64,000 bases of DNA, from the NCBI RefSeq assembly GCF_006345805.1, contig NC_043001.1, positions 87,668,001 to 87,732,000 on the forward strand. Reading direction: 5' to 3'. The notes beneath the pieces are model-generated. The model did not search any database and was not told the origin of the DNA. It was given only the letters and a program-made list of their open reading frames with translations. The DNA comes from Octopus sinensis. Lineage: Eukaryota. The position numbers and the translations under genes are program-made. The number at the start of each line of letters is the position of its first letter. Positions within the stretch are counted from its first letter, which is position 1. Shown piece after piece: positions 42,210 through 55,828 of the stretch.

Positions 42210-43405
42210 ATATGCAGTGGTATTAAAAAGTTCCTGGATTAGTTCTGTAGCATACCAACAGATGGCAGCATGCAGTTGTGTGTGCAGTGAGAGCTAGCAG
42301 TGATCTTCATGTGGCAGTGTGCTGAGAGACATTGCTGTGTTTACTTCACAAGTTGTGAAATTTGTATTTTTGTGATCACGTGTATGCTGTAGTCTGTGAT
42401 TTTGTCACGGAGAGGAAAGTTAAAACAAAGAGCAATCATGAAATTTTCTGTTAAACTTGGGAAGTCTGCTACAGAGACACCAAACATGCTTTAGCAAGCT
42501 TACAGCAATGAGGAAATGGGTTATACATAATGTTTTGAGTCACATGGGTGCTTCAAAAGAGGAAGAATGTCCCTGGAAGATGATGAATAATCTGGAAATC
42601 CTGCCATGAGCATCACCCCTGAAAATGTGGAGAAAATTCATCAGCTTGTGAATGAGAATGATCAGAGGACAATCAACGATATTGTTGATGTTGTTGGTCT
42701 GTCGTATGGATCTGTGCAGACAATCCTAACATCTGAATTGAACATGTGACATGTCTCTGTCAAGATTGTCCCCAGTCTGCCAATCACTGAGCAGAAAGAA
42801 CATTGCATTGAAGTCTGTCAAGATCTCTATTCTGAGACCCCCTTTGGTCATGACACTGACCATGGGATTGCACCTAGAAAGTTACCCTCCCAGGTGCAAG
42901 TCCGAGCAAGGTTGTTTATGGAAGACCAGCAGTCGCCCATGCATACCGGCCTCTCCTCTCCATGCCATCAGTGTTATCCAAGGGAAAGGCAAGGGCCGAT
43001 ATAGCTTGGCACCTGTGATGTCGGAACTCATTTCTACAGCTGAGTGAACTGGAGCAACATGAAATAAAGTATCTTGCTCAAGAACACAACATGCAGCCTG
43101 GTCTGGGATTCAAGCTCACAACCTCACGATTGTAAGCTCAACGCTCTAACCACTGCGCCATGTGCCTTCACACGAAGATCTCTATTAGTATGTCACTAAT
43201 AACCTATCCTTCATATCGAAGACCATCACCAGTGACGAGAGTTAGATCTACAGGTACAACCCTGAGACAAAGCAGCAGTCATCACAATGGAAGCACCCTT
43301 CATCTCCATGAATGAAGAAGGTACGGCAGCTGCAGCTCAATCAAGAGCATGCTCATAATGTTTTTTGACATCTGCAGTAATATGCATCATGAATTTGTCC
43401 TCCAA
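42210..43405 (+). mobile_element. Degenerate mariner 5' half interrupted by a family B SINE (42832-43174, minus)
   Basis: QRAIMKFSVKLGKSATET...SLEDDE*SG; ITSDES*IYRYNPETKQQSSQWK; the SINE has a 12-bp TSD aagatctctatt. Confidence 0.85.
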
Positions 43406-44394
43406 GCCAGAGAGGATGAAAGGCAAAGTTGACTTCAACAGAATTTGAACTCAGAATGAAAAGACAGATGAAATATCACTAAGCATTTTGCCCGGCGTGC
43501 TAATGTTTCTGCCAGCTCATAACCTTTATATACTTGATATATTAAACAAAAATAGGTCGAGATTTTTTGGTAGATTTATAAAACGTTGACCCTGAAATTG
43601 TTAGTCCTTAAGGAACTAACAGTTTATATAATTCATATAAGTTGCCTTATGCTTATCGAAAAGTAATTCCATTCTACACATCACTAACAGCTTGTTTTTC
43701 AGTAGGTTGCTGGTAACACGGGTGGCTCTTTAATAATGTACATGTACATGCTTATATGTATGTATATAAATAAATATATGCATCTGTGTGTGTGTGTGCG
43801 TGCGTGTGTGTGTGTGTGTGCATGCATGTGCACTCAGAGGCGTGGTTGTGTTGTTAAGAAGCTTACTTCCAAAGCAAGGTGCTACTGTATAGGACTTGGG
43901 CAAGTGTTTTCTATTATAACCACAAGCCCAATTTGAATTTTGAATTTAGAAGCTGGACGTTTCAAACCAGTTGTCCATAGTTATCCCCTTTCTCTTTGAT
44001 TTTTCCAAGAGATATTCACATCAGCATGACAACTAATTTTTCTGATTACATACTGTTTCTTGTCTGTTCCAAGCAACAATATTAGTCCTGTTATATTTGC
44101 ACATTGTGGAAGTTTTGTTTCACCATATTCCATTTGTTGATGTTCATATATGTATTCAATACTGGGTGGACTATCTATATTTAAATACTTAACTCAAAAC
44201 TTTTAAACGGTCATATACATTATATATTTATACTTATACATATTTACATATATTTTTATACATATTTATATTATTCATTTATATATTTTTAATACAACAA
44301 TCATTTTTCACACGCGTATATCTTTCTGAGGAGTTTTCTGATATTGATTTCCTAATTTTAATAATAATATATTATTAAAATATATATATATATA

Positions 44395-44770
44395 TATCAT
44401 CATCATCATCATCATCATTTAGCGTCCGCTTTCCATGCTAGCATGGGTTGGATGGTTCAACTGGGGTCTGGGAAGCCAGAAGGCTGCACCAGGCCCAGTC
44501 TGATCTGGCAATGTTTCTACAGCTAGATGCCCTTCCTAACACCAACCACTCCGTGAGTGTAGTGGGTGCTTTTTACGTGCCACCGGCACAGCTGCCAGAC
44601 GGGGCTGGCAAACGGCCACGGTTGGATAGTGCTTTTTACGTCCCACCGGCACGGGGGCCAGGTGAGGCTGGCAACGGCCACGATCGGATGGTGCTTTTTA
44701 CGTGCCACCAGCACGGAGGCCTGTCGGGGCAGCGCTGGTAATGGCCACTTTAATAGTATTAATAATTTGA
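44395..44770 (-). mobile_element. RTE-LINE 3' tail with ~60-bp tandem subrepeats
   Basis: (CAT)n, then the reverse complement of the 53455/54990 tail; unit gtgcttttacgtgccaccggcac repeated three times. Confidence 0.88.
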
Positions 44771-44929
44771 TACAATAGAGCACTCAATATAAATTCAGTA
44801 TGTAATATTCGCATTGAAAATATATTTAACTAAATATTTATTTATCTCACGATGGTATTTTTTTGAATGGCATTATATAGTGTTTTAGTAACGATATTAT
44901 GTTCCATTGGGTAGTAGTACCTTGATAAC

Positions 44930-45290
44930 ATTTGTGGGCAGCTGCTGATGATGCGTGATGTCTTTCTCAGAAATGTGACATTGCCTACATTTTCAGTCAC
45001 ATCTCAGGGTTCCAAGGGCTTCACTGTTTATTAGGTATTTGTAGCAATCTGTTGTTCTTTGGTTGCAAATACACAACCCTCTCAAGGTGTGATCTGATGC
45101 AGTAGTCATGAGTCCAGGAGAGACTGTATTTCATTTTAATATTACAGTAGTCTTCAAGTCTTTGGAAAACATACCTATGCATAGTCTTTTTCTGACATGC
45201 TGAGCATTTTCTTAAGTGTGTTAGCCAGCTGTTTTGTGGTTGTATGGGAGGTCATCAGGAAGAGACTGCTTCTTGAGAACCTCACTGCAG
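44930..45290 (-). mobile_element. Third RLE-type LINE remnant
   Basis: Similar region to 16830-17150 (TTASDHTLRGLCI#ATKEQQIATNT...). Confidence 0.5.
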
Positions 45291-45299
45291 ACATATAGG

Positions 45300-46813
45300 A
45301 TGTTCATTATTTATGTTATTTACAATCGACAGATATTTGTCCTCATCTTGTTTGTTGTTAACACAACGTTTTGGTTGATATACCCTCCAGCCGTCATCAG
45401 GTGTCTTGGGGGAAATTTCGAACCTGGATTCTCATTTCGATGTTGTTGTTGTTGATGTTATTATTATTATTATTATTATTATATTATTATTATTATTATT
45501 ATTGTTATTATTATTATTGTTATTATTGTTATTACTATTATTATTATTATTATTATTATTACTATTATTATTCAGGTCACTGTCTGGAATTGAACTTGGA
45601 ATCTTGGGGTTAGTAGCCCGCAGTCTTAACCACTACGCCATATGCCCGTGGAGTAAATCTAATATTCTCCTATCCTTCCTTAATGTTGGTTTTCATGTGC
45701 TGTTCATATCTGCACTCAGTCTGCTTAGGAAGTTGTTGAGTCCTAGAATATGTGCTGCTTCTTTTAGTTTTTGTATTTTCCAGTGGTATTCTCTGTCTAT
45801 TATTTTAACTTCATCCCACAGGGGGAGGTGGTCTCCATTTTTCCATACATGATCAGCTATACCCAATTTATCAATATCTCCCTGTCACAGCTTTGGGATG
45901 TTCCTTTACCCTTATTTTGAGGGGATGGCATGTTTCGCCTTTGTATAACCTACCACAGCTGCATGAGATGGAGTACATACAGTTCTTAGTCATATTCTCT
46001 TCTGTTGGTGGTTTTACTCGAAGAAGATATTTGCGAAGTGTTGTATTACTTCAAGAAAAACTAGTGACATACACCCATCTAAAAGAACGCACTAGTATAC
46101 CAATAAGAAACTTGATGGAAATATTGATCTTCTGCGTAGAAACTACCTACTTCAGTATGGACACTGATATATATCGACAAGAAGAGGGTTTAGCTATGGG
46201 TTTGCCATTATTACTGATCATAGCCAATATATATATGGAATATTTTGAGAATTTGGATTTAGGATCAACATCACTAAAACCAACCCTATGGCTGCGATAT
46301 GTTGAGGACACCTTCATACTCTGGTCCCACCAGGAAGATGTCCAAGTGCTGTTAGATCATGTGAACTCAATAAAGCCATCCATACAGTTCACAATGGAAA
46401 AAGAAAAAGACAATCAGCTAGCATTCCTGGACGTATTAATAACATGCACCAAGTATGGATTCAGGACATTCGCATGCCGCAAGCCGACCTTCACTTGACG
46501 ATACCTCAACTTCAACTCCCACCATCCATACAGTGTAAAGGAAGGGACTGCTTAGTGCCTAAAACATCGAGCAATGAATATAAGTAGCGATCGTGATACC
46601 CACCACAAAGAAATGATCAAGCTCAGTAACAATCTATTAAGCAACAACTAACCCAAAAGCATACTCTCCACTCCAATTATGAAGAAAAGAGAGGATGAAA
46701 CCAATAAACTGTCCACAGTCTGTCTACCCTATGTGAAAGGCCTCTCCGAAAAGATACAAAAGATATGCAGCCCATATGACATCGGGATAGTATTCAAAAG
46801 TAATACAACACTT
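45300..46813. mobile_element. Penelope-like element: 3' GIY-YIG part on minus (45300-46051), RT part inverted on plus (46052-46813)
   Basis: RT GLAMG...IANIYME, WLRYVEDTF, IQFTMEKE, LAFLDV, RKPT; minus strand CMYSISCSCGRLYKGET...KIRVKEH, WDEVKII...KLKEAAHI. Confidence 0.92.
45440..45650 (-). mobile_element. Short tRNA-like SINE with an (AAT)n tail inserted in the PLE 3' region
   Basis: ggcatatggcgtagtggttaagac...aagttcaattcc, then ~130 bp of (TAT)n on +. The acceptor stem does not pair, so this is not a tRNA gene. Confidence 0.7.
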
Positions 46814-47029
46814 TGGTCACTTTATAGAGTGTTTGAGTGTTGGATTAGTATCTGGAATGGGATAGCTTACCTTATGGGCAGGTAGAAGCTCTTTAACCTT
46901 GGTTGGTAATCTACCTAGGAGAAGGAAATTTTTGAAATAAAACCTGAGGCCTTGGAAGTTCCTGGTTTTGTCAATTTTCATGTCACACCATGGGCCTATG
47001 GGTGGGGGTAGTGCAGTGCAAGCTACACC

Positions 47030-49125
47030 CACTGAAAATTATTCACCTGCACAGGTACTTCCTGTACACCAGATCTAAGTAAAATCATTGAATTGGTTGG
47101 TTGGCAGAAACCTAAAAATGCACTTGTAACTTACTCTAAAATGTCTCAAACAGATCCAGTAACTGGCAAAAAAGGCTTGAGAACATCAGGGGAACAGGTC
47201 TGGCTCAGCAGGTGTCCCAGTGTATCACAGGCTGGGCCCAGTCATCATCCTGCCACTGTGGTCAAACAATCTTCAAGAAAAAGTAAAAATAAACTTCCTT
47301 TGAATTTTTGGCTTTTGGAATGTGCGCACACTTCTTGATGATAATTTCAACAAAGGCCAGAAAGGTGTACTGCACTTATTGCATGTGAGCTTAAGAAATA
47401 TTCCCTTGATATAGTTGCGCTTTCTGAAACTCGTCTCTCTGGTGAGGGTCAAATAAATGAACCTACTTATGGATATACTATCTTTTGGAGAGGCATACTT
47501 GAAGGTCAGGGTAGAGAATCTGGTATGGGTTTGCTCTCCAGAATACATTAATAGCTTCCATTGTAGAGCTTCCAAGTGGTTTATCTGATTGGACCATATC
47601 ATGCCGTATTAAACTGACAAAAGATAGGTTTCTTATCGAGGTCAATATTTATGCATCAACAATGTCCCATTCTGATGAAACTGTAGGACAGTTTTATGAT
47701 GATCTAGCACAATTATTGAGGAAAGTACCAATTTCTGACAAGCTGGTCATATTGGGAAATTTCAATGCCAGAGTTGGAAAGAACTACATTTCATGGGCTG
47801 TTTTAGGTCAACATGGGATTGGAAAATGTAATAAAAATGGAGTAGCTCTTTTGATGTTTTGTACTGAGAATAATCTGGTTGTTACCAACACTCTGTTTAA
47901 GCAGAAAAATAAATATAAAACCACCTGGATGCACCCAAGATCTAAGCACTGGCATCTCATAGATTATATTTTTATCAGGAAACATATGAAAGACATTTCT
48001 AGTATTTGGGCCATGAGAGGAGCAGAGAGCTGGACTGACCATCGTCTAGTATGTGGAAAAATAAAATTTTTGATAATGCCAAAAAATTGACAGTCTAGTT
48101 CTAAGGTACCCAGAAAGTTAAATGCTGCAAACTTTAAATTATCAAGCAACTAGTAAAGATTCCAAGATGCTATAGAAAGTATCAATCTTGACCCAAACAA
48201 TCTATGGGAAGATTTCAAAACAAAAGTATTTCAGGCTGCAAGTTTGTCAGTGGGATTTAAATCACATAAGTCCAATGACTGGTTCTCAGACAGATCAGCA
48301 GAAATTCACGATCTATTTTTAGAAAAACAAAACTTAAGCAATACACTTCTTTCTCAGTTATTGAACCCCAACTCAAACGAAGCATACAGAAAGGTGAAAA
48401 GGAAAGTGCAGATTGCTCTAAGGAAAATTAAACAGGAAAGGTGGAATTATAGAACAAAAGGAGCACATGAAGCAGCTGATAGAAATGATGCCAAGGGTTT
48501 GTACTCTTATGTTAAAGAGGTATATGGCCCCAAATCTTCTTCAATAGCTCCAGTGAGAACATCAAATGTATGTTTGCTTCTGACTGACACTGCTTCTATT
48601 CATAAGCATTTTTCTGCACTTTTGAATAGACCATCATCTGCTGACATGAGGATGATAGAAAAAATTGAACACCCTCCAGTTATAGAAGAGATGGTATTTG
48701 AACCAACTCTAAATGACATTTATTTAGCTGTGAATAAACTGAATAACAATAAGTCTCCAGGGTCTGATGGAATCTGTGCAGAAGTCTTGAAATATGAGGG
48801 TGACAAAATGTTTGAACTCTTAAATATATTAATTTGTCACTTGGAGAACTGAGAAAGTGCCTCAAAACTGGATTGATGCTATTTTAGTCTCCTTGTATAA
48901 ATTGGGGCCAAAGGATCTGTGTGGTAACTTTCGTGGGATTTCTTTTTGTCTGTGGTTGGAAAGGTACTTGCCCGCATTTTGTTAGAATGTTTAAATACCT
49001 TCATAGTTCCAAATATAGTGTCTGAGTCTCAGTGTGGTTTTTGTTCTTCCAGGGGCACAGCTGATTGTATCTTTACTATCAGACAATTACAAGGAAAGTG
49101 CATTGAACAGAATCTTGTCTGTTAT
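47030..49125 (+). mobile_element. 5' part of an RTE-clade (BovB-like) LINE: AP endonuclease and RT N-terminus, degenerate
   Basis: LVILGNFNARVG, HPRSKHWHLIDY, WTDHRLV, KSPGSDGI, RGISF#SVVGKVLARI, ESQCGFCSSRGTADCIFTIRQLQ. Confidence 0.92.
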
Positions 49126-49293
49126 CCACAGGACAATTTATATAAAGAGAGGAATGGAGACATTCTATGAGCTGTCATCCCATCATATATTCATTGTCTG
49201 TCTTGGACAACATTATGCAACTTGTCCTTTCCTCTCTAAGTCAGTGTGGTGAGATTTAGCTGTTATTTCTAACAGGTTAAATGTGTACACATA

Positions 49294-50576
49294 TTGGGTT
49301 GTCCGGAAAGTTTGTGCCAAATTTTAAAGGAAAGAAAAAGGTTAAATACTTGCCATTACATTTTTAATCAACCAAATATGAACCATTTTGTTGCACAATG
49401 CGTCTCCATCTTTTCTTTAACTTGAAAATACCCTTTTCTCAGAATTGAGGTGGTTTCATTATAAAGAATTCATCAAGCTATCTTTTTACGTCACCCAAGG
49501 AATTTAAATTTTTACTATTAAGACTATTCTGCAGAGACCTGAATAAGTGGAAATCCGAAGGAGCAATATCTGGTGAATATGGAGGGTGGGGTAACACATC
49601 CCAGCTGGGGTGCAGCAATTTTTGTCTGGTTCCCAAAGAAACGAGTGGTCTTGCATTATCATGTTGGAAAACAACACCCTTCCTGTTGGCCAATTCTGGA
49701 CATTTCTCTTGAATTGCTGCTTTTAACTCATCCAGTTGTGTGCAGTATTTCTCAAAATTAATTGTCTGGTTACTTGGGAGAAGCTCATGGTACAGAATTC
49801 CTTTCCAATCCCACCAGACACAAAGCAAGACTTTTTTAGGGTGAAGACTCACTTTTGGGGTGGCTAAGGGTGGCTCATGTTGCTTACTCCAGGATTGCCC
49901 TCTCTGAACATTTTGGTAGATAATCCATTTCTCATCACCTGTCACAATTTGCTTTAAAAAAGGTGTGTTTTCATTCCGTTTATAAAGCGAATCACAGATG
50001 GAAATGCGATCCAAAAGGTTCTTCTCATTCAACTCGTGGTACCCAAACATCGTAGCGATTTGTGTACCCAAGCTTTACCAGGTGCACATGAATGACGGAT
50101 TTTGATAGGTTGAGACTTTCTGCCAATTCTTGGGTTGTGCAATGTGGGTATTCTCAATTAATGACTTGATTTGGTCATCATCTGTAGTGGATGGTCTGCA
50201 TGATTGCTCTTTAACAATAAGGCTACAATCTCCAGCTCGGAACCTTGCAAACCACTTCCGTACAGTTCTTTTGGATAAAGATACAGAAACATCACTTTAA
50301 ACTGTGTATATTTCTTTGGTTACTTGCGAGGCATTTTCCCTTTATGGAAAAAGAAAAGCATCAAGTGTCAAAAATGAACTTTCTTATCTTCCATTTTAAA
50401 GGGTTACAGAATTAACACAGGTTATAGGAACATAAACCTTGTTCCACAAAAAGATAGCTTAAACTGTGCTCTAAATGGAGGTGTTGTCAAATCCTATTTT
50501 ATGGACCCAACCATGTTCTAAAATAAGTCGAAAGGTAAGCTACTATAAATAGGCACAAACTTTCCAGACAACCCAG
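49294..50576 (-). mobile_element. Full-length (1283 bp) mellifera-subfamily-like mariner, degenerate
   Basis: TIRs ttgggttgtccggaaagtttgtgcc / ggcacaaactttccagacaacccag with TA flanks; TGDEKW, WWDWKGI, RKGVVFQHDNARP, HPPYSPDIAPSD. Confidence 0.95.
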
Positions 50577-50591
50577 TACATACATACATAC

Positions 50592-50649
<58 letters not shown>

Positions 50650-51637
50650 CATACATACATACACACGCACACACATGTATGTGTGTGTGTGTATTCATAC
50701 ATACATATAATTTTTGTTTCTTTTTCTTTGGTAGTTTTTAGGAAAAAGTCATCATGCTTAAGAAAAATGCCATCATCATTATCATCATCATCACATGGAA
50801 ATGCAAACATAAAATGATGATGATGATGATGCTGACAATGATGATGACAATGATGAGAATGATGAGAATGATGATGATAATGTTGTTGATGATGATACTG
50901 CTGCTGCTGCTGCTGTTGTTGTTAATCAACAAGACGGGGTTAAGGGTGATTAGGTGATAGTCTAGGCTTAGGGGCAGGAGACCCCAGACCTTGGAAAAAA
51001 AAACTTTGGTCATCTTGTTGTAGTCGAGGGCTCTTCATTGATGCCTGACACCACTGGGAGGTGGCCCTCGAAGTCACTGGAAATGGAGATCTCCAGGTCC
51101 AAAATCTTGGAAGGCTGCTGCTGCTGCTGTTGCTGTTGATAGGTTGAGACTTTCTGCCAATTCTTGGGTTGTGCAATGTGGGTATTCTCAATTAATGACT
51201 TGATTTGGTCATCATCTGTAGTGGATGGTCTGCATGATTGCTCTTTAACAATAAGGCTACAATCTCCAGCTCGGAACCTTGCAAACCACTTCCGTACAGT
51301 TCTTTCAGATAAAGATACAGAAACATCACTTTAAACTGTGTATATTTCTTTGGTTGCTTGCGAGGCATTTTCCCTTTATGGAAAAAGAAAAGCATCAAGT
51401 GTCAAAAATGAACTTTCTTATCTTCCATTTTAAAGGGTTACAGAATTAACACAGGTTATAGGAACATAAACCTTGTTCCACAAAAAGATAGCTTAAACTG
51501 TGCTCTAAATGGAGGTGTTGTCAAATCCTATTTTATGGACCCAACCATGTTCTAAAATAAGTCGAAAGGTAAGCTACTATAAATAGGCACAAACTTTCCA
51601 GACAACCCAGTACATACATACATACAAATATATATAT

Positions 51638-51708
<71 letters not shown>

Positions 51709-52167
51709 CATACATACATACACACGCACACACATGTATGTGTGTGTGTGTATTCATACATACATATAATTTTTGTTTCTTTTTCTTTGGTAGTTTTTAG
51801 GAAAAAGTCATCATGCTTAAGAAAAATGCCATCATCATTATCATCATCATCACATGGAAATGCAAACATAAAATGATGATGATGATGATGCTGACAATGA
51901 TGATGACAATGATGAGAATGATGAGAATGATGATGATAATGTTGATGATGATACTGCTGCTGCTGCTGCTGTTGTTGTTAATCAACAAGACGGGGTTAAG
52001 GGTGATTAGGTGATGGTCTAGGCTTAGGGGCAGGAGACCCCAGACCTTGGAAAAAAAAACTTTGGTCATCTTGTTGTAGTCGAGGGCTCTTCGTTGATGC
52101 CTGACACCACTGGGAGGTGGCCCTCGAAGTCACTGGAAATGGAGATCTCCAGGTCCAAAATCTTGGA
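50102..52167. repeat. Tandem duplication, ~1034-bp period (50102-51111 and 51136-52167)
   Basis: Anchor ttgataggttgagac at 50102 and 51136; about 5 substitutions plus microsatellite length changes between copies. Confidence 0.95.
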
Positions 52168-52204
52168 TAGATGAATGTGCATCCAGGCTCAGTGGTTGCA
52201 TAGA

Positions 52205-52392
52205 AAGTCGGGGACAAGAAACAGGAAGAAAGAGTGAGAGAAAGTTGGAGTGAAAGAGTGCAACAGAGGTCGCCTCGTGGAGCTTTAAGTTTTTTTGCTC
52301 AATAAACACACACAACGCCCGGTCTGGGAATTGAAACCGCGACCCTCCGACCGTGAGTTCGCTGCCCTAACCATTGGGCCATTGCGCCTCCA
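52205..52392 (-). mobile_element. Family C SINE, 5' part
   Basis: ...gctgccctaaccattgggccattgcgcctccac head in reverse. Confidence 0.85.
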
Positions 52393-53277
52393 CTTGCTGC
52401 TGCTGCTGGTGGCAGTGGTGATAATGATGATGACATTTTTCTTTAACTAGAAAATACAAAAGTACAAAACAGAAAGAAAAAAATGACAAAGCAAAACAAT
52501 AAAATAAATACAAATATAACAGCACTGAAATGAATAACTAAAACTGAGAATTTTTGCTAATAACTTATGCAATACTGCAATTAAGAATTCTTTCGTTAAT
52601 TGCCATCTATGATCAAAGAGCTTATGTAGGTGATGATTCAACAGATTAAGTTAGTGTTGTGCCATTCATTAGTCACCTTAGCAATGCTGTGATTGTCTGA
52701 CAGAGGTCATATACTTGCTGCTGTCTTTCAAACAAGACACTGTATTTAATGTTGCTGTTATAACTCTGTCGGGACTATCTCCATTATTTACTGAAGCACT
52801 TAGCTTTCATTTCTAAGTTAAAGTCTTTTATTGTTTTTCTCAATTAACCCTTCAGTATTAAGATAACTCTATCAAATGTAATGCTTACTTATTCACATTG
52901 TTTTGAATTAAGCATGTATTATCTTGTAGCTTTGAGATTTCACTTATGTGGTTGTATATTTTAAGAATGACATTGAAGGGAAGGTGTGACAGGCTAGATC
53001 TGGCTAGTTTGAACATAAAACAGATGGAAAATTTTGGCTGGATGTACATTTATGGAACCCACTTGGGTAGGAATTTTGACTAAGCTCCACATTTCATTAA
53101 AGTTTTGTAGACACACAACTCACATCTTCAGGTGAACAGAGTCACATTCCAGACATCTGAGGATGTTGGCAGTTTAGCATTTACAAAAATTTAAGAGATA
53201 TCGGTTTGTGACAACTTGCTGCTAAATACATATATAAATGGATATATACATATATTCATACATATATATTGCCATAC

Positions 53278-53351
<74 letters not shown>

Positions 53352-53415
53352 AATAGACATATATACAAACCTGCAAATATATATATATATATATGATCCA
53401 TGCATATATATATGT

Positions 53416-53452
<37 letters not shown>

Positions 53453-54087
53453 CTGGCGTTAGGAAGGGCATCCAACTGTAGAAACACTGCCAGATCAGAC
53501 TGGGCCTGGTGCAACCTTCTGGCTTCCCAGACCCCAGTTGAACCGTCCAACCCATGCCAGCATGGAAAGCGGACGTTAAATGATGATGATGATGATGATG
53601 ATGATATATATATATGATTTATGGAGGGTCAAAGTTAGGAACAAAAACAGGACAGTGGAAACAAGCAAGGAAACTGAATGAAAACAAACATGAAGGGTCA
53701 TTAGACCAGAACGAGGGTAAAATAGCAGACACTTGAGAAATATTTTCTTTGAAAAGAGTAAAGATAGAAGATAGAGATAGATATTTCTAGTCCTTAGGAC
53801 AGTCTTGAAAGAAAAAAAAAATGATCATGTGAGGAAAAGAAAGATGGATGATGGTCACATGTGAGCAATGAGTGAGAGAAAAGGAGAAAGAGGCAAGGAA
53901 GAGAGGGCAACAGATAGAAAACAGTGAAGGGGAGAAAAAGGGTATTAGAGAAAGGATGGGAGAGAAAACAATGGGGAAGAAAACAGTATAGAGTAGAGTT
54001 GCATCAAAAAGATTAAGATAAGCTTACTTGGAAATGGATGTGTGGTGTTCAATCAAATAATAATATAAATAATATATATATGGATAT

Positions 54088-54131
<44 letters not shown>

Positions 54132-54181
54132 GATACATCGTCATCATCATGGAAAACGGACGTTAAACGACGATGATGATG

Positions 54182-54254
<73 letters not shown>

Positions 54255-54305
54255 CATACATACATGCATACATGCATACATGCATACATACATATGCATA
54301 CATAC

Positions 54306-54345
<40 letters not shown>

Positions 54346-54365
54346 CTCGACAGAGTGTTAGTACC

Positions 54366-55150
54366 TTGAGAGAAATGTTGTACCTAAGAAGCATCAGTTG
54401 TGGTGTGCAAGAAAGACGATTGCGCTGGTATGGTCATGTGGCGAGAATGGATGAAGATAGGTGTGTGAAAAAGTGCCAATCCCTAGCAGTTGAGAGAACC
54501 CGTGGAAGAGGTAGACCCAGGAAAACCTGGGACGAGGTGGTGAAGCACGACCTTCGAACTTTAGGCCTCACTGAGGAAATGACCAGCGACCGAGACCTTT
54601 GGAAATATGCTGTACGTGAGAAGGCCAGGCAGGACAAGTGAGCCCAGCCCACTTATGCATGCCTTTCCTTCCTTGGACACAAAGACCTGTTGAGGCAAGC
54701 GAAGTCGATATCGAACCTCATCCGACGACAGGCACCCATGCCAACCCCCTTTGTTTGCGAAGACATGTTGGGGCAAGTGAAATCGAAATCGAAATCGAAA
54801 TTGAACCAATCCTATGACTGGCACCCGGCAGATGCCAGGACCCCTGGACTGGTGGTACGTAAAATGCACCATCCGAATCGTGGCCAATGCCAGCGCCGCC
54901 TCGACTGGCTTCTGTGCCGGTGGCACGTAAATTGCACCAAGCCTCGCCTGGCACCTGTGCGGGTGGCACGTAAAAAGCACCCACTACACTCACGGAGTGG
55001 TTGGCGTTAGGAAGGGCATCCAGCTGTAGAAACATTGCCAGATAAGACTGGAGCCTGGTGCAGCCTTCTGGCTTCCCAGATCCCCGGTCGAACCTTCCAA
55101 CCCATGCTAGCATGGAGAACGGACGTTAAATGATGATGATGATGATGATA
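54366..55150 (+). mobile_element. 5'-truncated RTE-type LINE: C-terminal ORF remnant, 3' UTR and (GAT)n tail
   Basis: [16 protein letters not shown]...GRGRPRKTWDEVVKHDL; 3' UTR with tgtgccggtggcacgtaaa subrepeats. Confidence 0.92.
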
Positions 55151-55828
55151 TATATATGTACAATATTCATATATGGGTTGTTACTAACAGTAAACAACAT
55201 GAAATATGAAAACAAATGAGTTCAATACACAAACAAGAGAAACAAATATATATCTATATCTATATATATGCTTGTATTGATGTATTTAATTTTTGCATTT
55301 GATTTGCAAGGTTCTTGACGGAAAAAGTCTCTGTTGAAAGAGATTTTCTGGTACCTAGGGAGGGTCGTTATGTTAGTAATAAATGCATGCACTAGTTCTA
55401 TTTGAGTTCTTTTATTATTATTAGTCAATTGGTTAATCTTTTAACCAGTTACCTTATTGGTTTATTTGATGAATCATTTGGTCAATCATTCAATCAGCTA
55501 GGTTTATGAAAGTCCTTTCATTGCCATTTGCATTCAGATCAATGACATATGCTCTAAACACACACCCTATTACAGTAATTTCAGCTTAATGAGCAAGGGA
55601 TTAAGTTTGTGGGAAACTATGTACAGTTAACTATCATCCCATTCCTGAGGAGACATGCCACTTCTCCAATTCATCTGATTGATGGACAATGATAGAGAAA
55701 CCAGTGGTAATCACTGGTGACATGAATCCATGATGTCCTTGAAAATATAAATTTATTTCTGTTATTATTCAATGATATAGATTAAGATAGGCCCATTTGT
55801 TTTTCTACGAGCATTAATTCCTGTTTCT

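Noticed and set aside
44560-44770. Short repeats with variable intervening sequence, superficially CRISPR-like (also 54860-54985)
   Set aside because: Degenerate tandem subrepeats of a LINE 3' UTR found in several copies; eukaryotic context and no cas genes.
45893-46498. 201-aa ORF as a host gene
   Set aside because: It is a chimera: the N-terminal third is antisense GIY-YIG sequence and the rest is Penelope-like RT.
52678-52790. Possible minus-strand exon (NNGDSPDRVITATLNTVSCLKDSSK)
   Set aside because: Weak acceptor, phase incompatible with the 58476 candidate, and no recognisable homology.
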